DNA from: a bacterium
Lineage (GTDB): Bacteria; Patescibacteriota; Minisyncoccia; Phycocordibacterales; CAIZLB01
NCBI GenBank assembly: GCA_027490575.1
Contig: JAIXXV010000032.1
Location: 13,211-77,210, forward strand
Direction of reading: 5' to 3'
Length of the DNA stretch: 64,000 nucleotides
Position 1 is the first letter of the stretch; each line of letters begins with the position of its first letter. Both the position numbers and the translations under genes were made by a program. The notes under the pieces were generated by a model. The model ran no database searches and was not told the origin of the DNA. It was given only the letters and a program-made list of their open reading frames with translations. Below are positions 9,163 through 16,218 of the stretch, one piece after another.

Positions 9163-10143
9163 ATGTGCTTTATGAATTCTTCAGAAAATATTTATGATCT
9201 TATCATTATTGGTGGTGGTCCTGCAGGCGTTGCAGCAGGTGTTTATGCATCTCGTAAAAAGCTTCGCACGCTCTTTTTGACAACAGACTTTTTAGGACAG
9301 AGCTCTGTTTCAGAAGGCATTGAAAACTGGATTGGTACTATCAAGATTAGTGGCACAGATCTATCAAAAGACCTTGAGGCTCATTTGCGTGCCTATGCTG
9401 GCGATATTGTGGATATAAAGACAGGTATATGGGTTAAGGATATCAAAAATCTCTCAGAACCTTCGCCTGCATCTACCCTATTTGAAGTAACAACAAAAGA
9501 CTATTCAGAAAAAGAAAGCTCGTACAAAGGCAAGACGGTACTTATAACCACTGGTAGTACACGTCGAAAACTTCCAGCTAAAAATGCTGATGTATTTGAG
9601 CATAAAGGTCTTACTTATTGTGCAACTTGTGATGGGCCTATCTTCTCTGGACAAGATGTTGCAGTCATCGGTGGAGGTAACGCTGCTTTTGAAAGTGCGG
9701 CTCAACTCGCTGCTTACTGTAAATCAGTGACTATAGTTAACCGTACTGACAAGTTTAGAGCTGACCCTGTTACAGTTGAGAAAGTTTGTGCTATGCCAAA
9801 CATGAAGGTTGTGACAGGTGTAGTTGTCGAAGAAATACTTGGAGATAAGTTTGTCAGTGGTTTTACATACAAAAAAGACGGATCAGATGTACTCGAGACA
9901 CTAGCGGTTACCGGTATCTTTGTGGAGATAGGACTAATACCAAACACTAGTTTCGCAAAGGAGGTAGTAGAGATAGACGCATATGGAAAGATAGCCGTTG
10001 ACCCTCGAACACAACAGACCAAAACAGCTGGCATATGGGCAGCTGGTGACTGTACAGATGGACTTTACCACCAAAACAACATTGCAGCAGGTGATGCAGT
10101 GAAGGCTTTGGAAGATATATATGTGAATTTGTTTACGAGGTAA
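9163..10143 (+). CDS. trxB: Thioredoxin-disulfide reductase
   Basis: FAD motif IIIGGGPAGVAAG, redox centre CATCDG, NAD(P)H motif VIGGGNAA. The start could instead be the ATG at 9172. Confidence 0.85.
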   Translation: MCFMNSSENIYDLIIIGGGPAGVAAGVYASRKKLRTLFLTTDFLGQSSVSEGIENWIGTIKISGTDLSKDLEAHLRAYAGDIVDIKTGIWVKDIKNLSEPSPASTLFEVTTKDYSEKESSYKGKTVLITTGSTRRKLPAKNADVFEHKGLTYCATCDGPIFSGQDVAVIGGGNAAFESAAQLAAYCKSVTIVNRTDKFRADPVTVEKVCAMPNMKVVTGVVVEEILGDKFVSGFTYKKDGSDVLETLAVTGIFVEIGLIPNTSFAKEVVEIDAYGKIAVDPRTQQTKTAGIWAAGDCTDGLYHQNNIAAGDAVKALEDIYVNLFTR

Positions 10144-10220
10144 TTTCAGCACTTCAGAAACTTTAAAAAACAATCTTTATTTTATTTGACACCCCTTTGT
10201 CAAAATGGTTTTATATATCA

Positions 10221-10361
10221 CAGAAACGACTGTCGGGTCGCTAGCGATATGGTATAAAAAGTGGTCTGGCTTTCAGTCAGCTCTCTTAGGGTAGCAATTT
10301 CCCTACCTATCAGGATCATTCAAAAACATAGGGGCCGACAACCCTTAGGAGGATAATAATC
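10221..10361 (+). promoter_or_regulatory. Structured 5' leader of 2-TM gene B1 with conserved boxes
   Basis: Boxes: CAGAAACGACTG (10221-10232), TGTCGG (10231-10236), palindrome TCGCTAGCGA (10238-10247), CATTCAAAAACATA (from 10317), GGGGCCGACA (10331-10340), SD AGGAGG (10347-10352). TGTCGG can pair with CCGACA (10335-10340), enclosing 98 nt. Confidence 0.45.
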
Positions 10362-11222
10362 ATGCAAAGCGAATTAGAAAAACAAGTAGAAGGAGCAGAA
10401 GATGGTGCAGAAAAAGACGAAATCGACTCGAGCATCTCGAGTGAGGTAGTTACCACGACAACAACAGCGCAAGGTGTCAAGCTTACCGAGCGAGAGCTCA
10501 GGATGCTGTTTGTCAGGACAAATCTGATTGACGACCTTGTCATGAGTATCGCAGGGAAAGTCCCTAAGAATGAAAAGGATGCCGGCCGGATCAAGAAACT
10601 CATTATTGCGACTCCTGCACAAATCTTGATCTTTGTTATCATTATGATACTGGCAATATTCACAATTTCGTCAGCGAAACATCTTGATCAACTATTCACA
10701 GGGACTGTGTCCAGTGCACTACTCAGTGTATCAGCAATCATGCTAGTTTTTTCCATCATCTTCACGTTGATTTCTGCGATTCGATGGTGGTATGACTACA
10801 AAAAAGAGCAGATTGACGGTTTGAAGAAGGTTGAACTCTTCATCGAGCACTTCCTCGATTCAATCATCCCAATAGAACGAGTCGATCAGGATAAAGTAAT
10901 CCATGAACTAGATGAGTTCGTCTTGGAAAGACTAACAAAAGTCTATCTTCATCTGCAAGCATATGTGGAATATTGCTCTATAAATCACATGATTTCTGTG
11001 TACGGTGTTCCGGAAAATTACGCTGAGTACGAAGAAGAGTGTGAAGTCATGTTTGATATTGCAATTAAAATTGGATGGAGCGTTGGAAATATTAGCCATT
11101 CAAGAGGTCGAATTGCAGGTGCTATCAAACGTCGAATCGATGAACTTGGAGGAGACGGTCTCTGGTCTAATACCTACTACCAGAGATGTGTTCATGGGCA
11201 CACTTGGATATTCCCAACATAA
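10362..11222 (+). CDS. Orphan 2-TM membrane protein B1 (acidic N-terminus, two central TM helices, helical C-domain)
   Basis: 286-aa ORF with a strong SD. TM helices ILIFVIIMILAIFTI and LLSVSAIMLVFSIIFTLI. C-terminal box YEEECEVMFDIAIKIGWSVGNIS is shared with B2. Confidence 0.6.
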   Translation: MQSELEKQVEGAEDGAEKDEIDSSISSEVVTTTTTAQGVKLTERELRMLFVRTNLIDDLVMSIAGKVPKNEKDAGRIKKLIIATPAQILIFVIIMILAIFTISSAKHLDQLFTGTVSSALLSVSAIMLVFSIIFTLISAIRWWYDYKKEQIDGLKKVELFIEHFLDSIIPIERVDQDKVIHELDEFVLERLTKVYLHLQAYVEYCSINHMISVYGVPENYAEYEEECEVMFDIAIKIGWSVGNISHSRGRIAGAIKRRIDELGGDGLWSNTYYQRCVHGHTWIFPT

Positions 11223-11260
11223 GTACATGGTATAACCCGGTTTGTTTGATGATCCAGTAT

Positions 11261-11290
11261 GCGCTCCGCCTGAAAATGGCGGAGCGTTTT
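11261..11290 (+). terminator. Rho-independent terminator of B1
   Basis: gcgctccgcc (11261-11270) / ggcggagcg (11278-11286) followed by tttt. Confidence 0.75.
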
Positions 11291-11347
11291 AATTATTTAC
11301 CTATTTACTTATAGTACAAAAATGCTTTAATCTACCTAGATTTTGGT

Positions 11348-11481
11348 TGTCGGACCATATCTCCAAACACGTAGCATGGAGTAACGGCCGAAAACCGTTG
11401 TTTCCTGGACCCGAAAAGTCCCGTTAATTTGGCACATTCAAAATACAAATGAGGGGCCGACACTTCTCGCACTCAAATACA
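11348..11481 (+). promoter_or_regulatory. Structured 5' leader of 2-TM gene B2, homologous to the B1 leader
   Basis: TGTCGG (11348-11353), two hairpins with identical CCGAAAA loops (11383-11399 and 11407-11421), CATTCAAAATACAAA (from 11435), GGGGCCGACA (11453-11462). The spacing from TGTCGG to CATTCA is 82 nt, against 81 nt in B1. Confidence 0.45.
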
Positions 11482-12249
11482 ATGAAACTCAGTGAAATCA
11501 ACTACCGCTTTACAGTCGAACCTGTATTGAGACTAATCCAATCCATGATGAAAAATGGCAATTACATCACTCCACAGAGCTCAAGCAGAACTCTGTCGAT
11601 GATGTTTTGGCTAAATTCGTCCATACGAAACGAGCTGATGCAATGGACTTTCAAAATTGGTCCATCGTGGCCAGAAGATCCAAATCCTCTAAAATCAATT
11701 ACAGGCGCAATGATTGCATTCATCATTGCATTAGCAGCAGGAGTGGCGCAGTACTTATTTCCAAATTTAGTACCATTTTTGATCATTTTCTTGCCCTCAG
11801 CAGTACTGTGTATTTACTGGACCACACTGTCTTTAGCCGCTGTGGTAGTCAGAATCAAAAAAGCATGCTTTCTTACTGACTTTATCAACATAGTTGGTAC
11901 AATACCGCTAATAAGGAGGCAGCATCTCATAAACCCTGGACATCGTGAAAGTAGCTATGATTACCTTGTCGTGGTGATGCTTTTGCAACAACTCATGAGT
12001 GTTTCCAAAAAGGTCAAAGGTAATACTGAAGACCCGAAGCTAAAAGATGAAGAGAAAAGGCTATATGACTCAGCCTTCAAACTTGGTGTACTAGGAGATG
12101 ACATCTCGGCCGTATACACGTTGGTATATCGGTTGATTGAGGAAAAGGAGCAAGGTAAACCTATAGGATCGGGTCAAAATAGCGGCGGAGATGGAGACGG
12201 CTTTCCAGAACCTGACCCAGACGCACTCCCGACAAGCGTCCTTGGTTAA
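11482..12249 (+). CDS. Orphan 2-TM membrane protein B2, tandem paralogue of B1
   Basis: The track ORF starts at 11449. ATG 11482 is preferred because it lies 29 nt after the GGGGCCGACA box (31 nt in B1). It has two TM helices, and its box DEEKRLYDSAFKLGVLGDDIS aligns with the B1 box. Confidence 0.55.
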   Translation: MKLSEINYRFTVEPVLRLIQSMMKNGNYITPQSSSRTLSMMFWLNSSIRNELMQWTFKIGPSWPEDPNPLKSITGAMIAFIIALAAGVAQYLFPNLVPFLIIFLPSAVLCIYWTTLSLAAVVVRIKKACFLTDFINIVGTIPLIRRQHLINPGHRESSYDYLVVVMLLQQLMSVSKKVKGNTEDPKLKDEEKRLYDSAFKLGVLGDDISAVYTLVYRLIEEKEQGKPIGSGQNSGGDGDGFPEPDPDALPTSVLG

Positions 12250-12307
12250 AGAGACAACGGAAGAGCGCCTGAGAAATCTGAGTAATAGAACGAGATTCTA
12301 GGACTGT

Positions 12308-12346
12308 GACCACTGTACCTGATAGCAAAGGTATGGTGGTTTTTTA
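12308..12346 (+). terminator. Rho-independent terminator of B2
   Basis: gaccactgtacct / aggtatggtggt (2 mismatches) followed by tttttatttg. Confidence 0.65.
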
Positions 12347-12381
12347 TTTGTAAATTATTAGCACCACCCACCTTTTGCACC

Positions 12382-12465
12382 CAATTCTTAATCCTTAATT
12401 CTTAATTTGCCGGTTCTGTTAATTCTGCGGGCAATTGTCAATTGCTAATTACTAATTACTAATTG
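12382..12465 (+). repeat. 7-nt periodic spacer, TAATTNN/CAATTNN class (12 heptads)
   Basis: caattct taatcct taattct taatttg ccggttc tgttaat tctgcgg gcaattg tcaattg ctaatta ctaatta ctaattg. The array overlaps the antiporter stop codon. Confidence 0.7.
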
Positions 12466-13832
12466 CTCACCTCCAACTTCCTCGCAACCCATTTAGTCAA
12501 AGGCGGTTGTATCACCAGAGTCATAATTATCACCCACATACCTATTGAGATAAGCATTTCAGGGTTACCAATATCGTATTTTGTCAAAAGACCACTGTAT
12601 GCAACTTGCACAAGAAGTACTGCTGGGATAACGCCAGTCTCTCGGACCCATGACATGAAGAGAAGCTCGCGAGTGTTAAGATCAATCTTCTTTGAAAAGA
12701 AACCGAGTGATAGAAATACTGAGGCAGGACGCACGATGAACATAAAGACAAGTCCGGCGAGTATTCCAAACCAAGCGTATTGTAGTAGCATTTGCACATT
12801 GACCAATGCTCCTAGGAGTATAAAGATACTTGGCTTTGCAATCCCCTCCACCAGCTGATTGAAAAATGTTTCTGTCTTGTGCACTTTTTCGTTCAATACA
12901 ACTAGAAGCCCTGCGATGAATGATGCTAAGTAACCACTTCCGCCAAACAGTACCGCAAATGCATATGCCATAATAGGGATAGCGATGAAGAAACCGATGT
13001 CGGCGTGGCACTCCGCACGCATTACCCTTTGTCTAACAAAAAATCGGATTGCAAAGAATCCGATAATACCAACTATTGACCCTACTACTAGCTCTTTTGA
13101 TAGGAAAATCATTGATTCCATAGAGACTAGTGCGCTAATACCTTGTGACATGTGCGTAAAAGCCCCTGCTCTTTCTACATACGTGATAAATGCCAATGTG
13201 ACCAAAGTACCAACCACGTCCGTCAATGCACTTTCTGAAACCAAGATGTCTTTGATACGGTCTTTCTTGAGCTTAAGCTCTTTGAACACAGGGATGATGG
13301 CTGCTGGATCAGTCGATGCAAGTATTGCCCCCAAAAGTAGTGCTAGCGACACGGACATTGTCATACCTGTCACTGTGCCGAGGACCGATAGACCTTGTGC
13401 CATAAAGAGAGTAGATGCCACAAGTCCGATGAAAGATAGTAGTACGGTAGGTAAAACTATTTTTCTAAATGATGAAAACGATATCTCCAAGCCTCCACCA
13501 AAAAGTATATATACCGCTGATATAGTAACTATCATGTTTAGAGCTGCGCTGTTTTCTATAAGTGGTTCCAACAAGTTGTGCATACTTAAACCTATAAACA
13601 AGGCAACTAGAAACGATGGAAATATTGTCCCCCTAGAGAGCGAGTGACAGATGGTACCCAGAAGAAACATTCCTCCTATCAAAAACAGTGGGGTTATACC
13701 CCCTACATGATCCACAGGAATCATTTCCGAATACTGTACAAACAATGCATTGAATATTGCAAAAACCGTAACACTGGTCAAAAGTATAAATGATGATGAA
13801 TGTCTCTTAAGCTTGCTTAGTTTGGCTATCAT
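12459..13832 (-). CDS. Monovalent cation:proton antiporter (CPA1/NhaP-type Na+/H+ exchanger)
   Basis: 457 aa with about 11-12 TM segments. The ASTDPAAIIPVF motif is typical of the Na+/H+ exchanger family. Confidence 0.8.
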   Translation of the reverse strand: MIAKLSKLKRHSSSFILLTSVTVFAIFNALFVQYSEMIPVDHVGGITPLFLIGGMFLLGTICHSLSRGTIFPSFLVALFIGLSMHNLLEPLIENSAALNMIVTISAVYILFGGGLEISFSSFRKIVLPTVLLSFIGLVASTLFMAQGLSVLGTVTGMTMSVSLALLLGAILASTDPAAIIPVFKELKLKKDRIKDILVSESALTDVVGTLVTLAFITYVERAGAFTHMSQGISALVSMESMIFLSKELVVGSIVGIIGFFAIRFFVRQRVMRAECHADIGFFIAIPIMAYAFAVLFGGSGYLASFIAGLLVVLNEKVHKTETFFNQLVEGIAKPSIFILLGALVNVQMLLQYAWFGILAGLVFMFIVRPASVFLSLGFFSKKIDLNTRELLFMSWVRETGVIPAVLLVQVAYSGLLTKYDIGNPEMLISIGMWVIIMTLVIQPPLTKWVARKLEVSN

Positions 13833-14024
13833 ATTGGTGATTAATTTTTAATATATCTTTTCTAAAAAATCAAAAAACCACATGGCGCGCGGCTTTTGTA
13901 TCTGAGGAGAAAATGATCGATGAGCTGATTTGAGATCAGACCACCAACTTTCTCAAACTGAGTTCTAAACCTTTTAGTTACATCAGTACTCAAGTCGTGG
14001 AGGCTATAATTATATTGATTCTTG

Positions 14025-14157
14025 TGGGCGGTAGAGGATTCGGTCCTTACAGGACCAGTACAGGTTTCCTATTTTCTCAAAGCTCGACAAATCTCGCTTT
14101 TCAAAAATATAGGATAACCTTTTCGAATCCTCCAGAAGCGATGCTTCTGCCGCCTAT
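14025..14157 (-). other. tRNA-fragment mosaic folding into a ~130-nt rod; carries a copy of the tRNA-Val 3' end
   Basis: 14023-14042 is identical to 14179-14198, the last 18 nt of tRNA-Val plus 2 flanking nt. ggcggtagaggattcg (14027-14042) pairs with cgaatcctcc...gccgcc (14124-14154). Inner helices are aggttatcctat/ataggaaacct and the hairpin cagaagc/gcttctg. Confidence 0.35.
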
Positions 14158-14180
14158 AACCGTACTTCGTACGATCACTG

Positions 14181-14253
14181 TGGGCGGTAGAGGATTCGAA
14201 CCTCTGACATCAACAACGTCAATGTTGCGCTCTACCAACTGAGCTAACCGCCC
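14181..14253 (-). tRNA. tRNA-Val (anticodon GAC)
   Basis: The reverse complement folds as a cloverleaf: GGGCGGT TA GCTC AGTTGGTA GAGC G CAACA TTGACGT TGTTG ATGTC AGAGG TTCGAAT CCTCT ACCGCCC A. 73 nt, CCA not encoded. Confidence 0.9.
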
Positions 14254-14361
14254 ATGCCCTGTTTTTGTCTAGTTTTACAGCTTTATATCTTACCTTTCAG
14301 TAAATATATCGACTAGTAATTTTTAACAAAACGCATTTTTTAGTGTAGCAAATACACGTAA

Positions 14362-15195
14362 TTATTTCAACATAAATTGACACATTATTGCCATATGATC
14401 TGAAACATTACCTACAACCTTTGCTTTGTCTAGGTAAAACCTATTTCCTGAGAACATACAGTCTACCACTAGCATTAACCCGCCTGCTCTATGCAAGGTT
14501 TTATCAATTGTGGTTTTACAATCTTTTGGAACATTGTCGTTAAGGATACTGGACAAGCTATCGTACAGACACTTCCCTCTTGGTGAATTCAGGTCACCGC
14601 AAAGTATCGTGTTTTCTAAATCTTTTTTTGATAAAAAGTTTATAAGATTTTCATAATGACGCATTTGTTCACCTGTAACCCCCCCTTTACCAGACCAAGT
14701 AAAGTGAATATTTGCTATTGAAAAAGACGTTTCCCTTTCCTTCCCATTTACTACAAAATTTGCCAAAGTTAAATTTCTTCGATAAGTTTCCGAGTGTTTA
14801 TTTTTGTCATGGTAAACAATCTCTTTATCTGGAAAATCTCCATAGGAAAAAATCTCACTTGAGCCTATTTTGTGTTTTGAAAGTATCAATGTCCCTGATT
14901 TTGAGAAATCATACTTTTCTAAAGCACCTTTTTCTTCATTTACTACTATTTCATAATGATTCATCAGCTTACTATAAAGAAAATCACCTGTAGGCGTCAT
15001 GGTCTTTTCCTTGTAAGGTAAAATGGTTGCCGGCGAAAATAAATGGTGATGCATATTCAAGGAATGAGAGAGGTAATCTATATCTTTCTCAAAGACCTCC
15101 TGTAGACAAGCAACGTCTGGGTTTTGCTCTTTTATGAAAGGTATAAATTTGTCAAAATGCTTATCCAGTTCAATGTTTAATGTTATAACTTTCAT
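14362..15195 (-). CDS. Endonuclease/exonuclease/phosphatase (EEP) family protein
   Basis: N-terminus MKVITLNIE...VACLQEV and a C-terminal SDH motif (NVSDHMAI) are typical of the EEP fold. 277 aa. Confidence 0.7.
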   Translation of the reverse strand: MKVITLNIELDKHFDKFIPFIKEQNPDVACLQEVFEKDIDYLSHSLNMHHHLFSPATILPYKEKTMTPTGDFLYSKLMNHYEIVVNEEKGALEKYDFSKSGTLILSKHKIGSSEIFSYGDFPDKEIVYHDKNKHSETYRRNLTLANFVVNGKERETSFSIANIHFTWSGKGGVTGEQMRHYENLINFLSKKDLENTILCGDLNSPRGKCLYDSLSSILNDNVPKDCKTTIDKTLHRAGGLMLVVDCMFSGNRFYLDKAKVVGNVSDHMAIMCQFMLK

Positions 15196-15322
15196 AGATT
15201 TATGATTACTAATATATCATAAGTCAGAAAATCACCTTACCTTTATATATTTTGCTTTTTTTAACAAAAATGTTATATTGTTGACCACGCAATGGCTGTA
15301 TAGTACAGCTTGAGCAAACCAT

Positions 15323-15371
15323 GGCCCTATCGTCTAACCTGTTTAGAATATAGCGGACACGGCCTTTTCAA
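15323..15371 (+). pseudogene. Duplicated 5' half of tRNA-Glu with a 16-nt replacement in the D-loop
   Basis: ggccctatcgtctaac (15323-15338) and ggacacggccttttcaa (15355-15371) are identical to tRNA-Glu positions 1-16 and 22-38. ctgtttagaatatagc replaces ggtta. There is no T-arm or 3' acceptor. It is followed by the self-complementary ccttttca a tgaaaagg. Confidence 0.7.
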
Positions 15372-15403
15372 TGAAAAGGTAGGTTTGGTAAAAAACAATA
15401 TAT

Positions 15404-15475
15404 GGCCCTATCGTCTAACGGTTAGGACACGGCCTTTTCAAGGCTGTAATCGGAGTTCGATTCTCCGTAGGGTCA
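15404..15475 (+). tRNA. tRNA-Glu (anticodon TTC)
   Basis: Cloverleaf: GGCCCTA TC GTCT AACGGTTA GGAC A CGGCC TTTTCAA GGCTG TAAT CGGAG TTCGATT CTCCG TAGGGTC A (G2-U71 wobble). 72 nt. Confidence 0.9.
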
Positions 15476-15584
15476 CAGATTTTAACGAACAAAGTGAGTA
15501 TAAAATCGTGATGCAGGGGTACTTCATATTTTCGAGCTTGCAATGAAAATATGTTAGTACCAGCTGCGCACAGATTTTAACGAA
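15474..15584 (+). repeat. 16-bp direct repeats CACAGATTTTAACGAA flanking a 79-bp hairpin-containing insert at the tRNA-Glu 3' end
   Basis: DR1 at 15474-15489 overlaps the last 2 nt of the tRNA. DR2 is at 15569-15584. The insert contains the perfect inverted repeat catattttc...gaaaatatg. Confidence 0.6.
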
Positions 15585-15684
15585 ACAGTTCTCAAGCATA
15601 TAAATCTTTTTTTGCTTACATAGCTATCACAATCATAAGTAAAAAGGGGTTGAAAATCAGATTATTTGATATACTTACTTCTAT

Positions 15685-16128
15685 ATGGAAACCAAAAAAG
15701 TAGGAGCTGGTTTTGGAATAATGATACTCCGAGACAATAAAGTATTACTCGGACAAAGACACATTGACCCCGAGAAAGCTGACAGTGAATTAAACGGCGA
15801 AGGCACGTGGACTATGCCCGGAGGAAAACTAGAGTTTGGAGAAAGCTTCGAGGAAGGAGCAGTGAGAGAAGTTCAAGAAGAGACGGGTATAGATTTAGAC
15901 ATAAAGGATGTAAAGGTTATTAGTCTTTCCAATGATATGGTTCCGACTGCTCATTTTGTAACTATCGGTCTTTTGTGTTTAAACTGCCCACAAGATCCGA
16001 AAGTAATGGAACCTGACGAAATAACCCAGTGGAACTGGTTTGACTTAGAAAATCTTCCTGAACCACTTTTCGAGCCAAGTAGAAAGATTATTCAAAATTA
16101 TTTGAGCGGTGTGTTTTATAATGGTTAA
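15685..16128 (+). CDS. Nudix hydrolase (MutT-like)
   Basis: Intact Nudix box GGKLEFGESFEEGAVREVQEETGI. Confidence 0.8.
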   Translation: METKKVGAGFGIMILRDNKVLLGQRHIDPEKADSELNGEGTWTMPGGKLEFGESFEEGAVREVQEETGIDLDIKDVKVISLSNDMVPTAHFVTIGLLCLNCPQDPKVMEPDEITQWNWFDLENLPEPLFEPSRKIIQNYLSGVFYNG

Positions 16129-16218
16129 TGTTGACTACATCTTTTTATAATTGTAACATCTTCGGCAGAACCCAGAGTTCCAAATACAAACCTCAAAACA
16201 TGAAAGGAAACGACATAG

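Noticed and set aside
11261-11290. GC-rich hairpins after each islet gene as integron attC sites (gene cassettes).
   Set aside because: Each hairpin is short, nearly perfect and immediately followed by a T-run. That is the form of an intrinsic terminator, not the 60-120-bp imperfect attC structure with extrahelical bases. The islets are dispersed, most have their own promoter, and no integron integrase is present.
12985-13647. Long ORFs antisense to real genes. Examples: 220 aa opposite the antiporter, 175 aa at 7478-8005 opposite ftsZ, 165 aa at 50377-50874 opposite the CARDB gene, 129 aa at 34154-34543 opposite smc.
   Set aside because: Each lies entirely inside a well-supported conserved gene on the other strand. 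Their composition is low-complexity (S/T/P/L-rich), with no start context or motif. These are typical shadow ORFs.
14025-14157. The rod-like element as an intron-containing tRNA, tmRNA, SRP RNA or retron msr/msd.
   Set aside because: It has no anticodon arm and no local T-arm hairpin, which rules out a tRNA. It is far too short and lacks a tag ORF and pseudoknots, which rules out tmRNA. It lacks the GGAA tetraloop and AGCA domain IV motif of SRP RNA. No reverse transcriptase is nearby, which rules out a retron.
13997-14242. Track ORFs 13997-14242 (81 aa) and 15310-15546 (78 aa).
   Set aside because: They are read straight through tRNA-Val, tRNA-Glu and their duplicated fragments; the repeated GGRGF peptide is just tRNA sequence. 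They are not coding.
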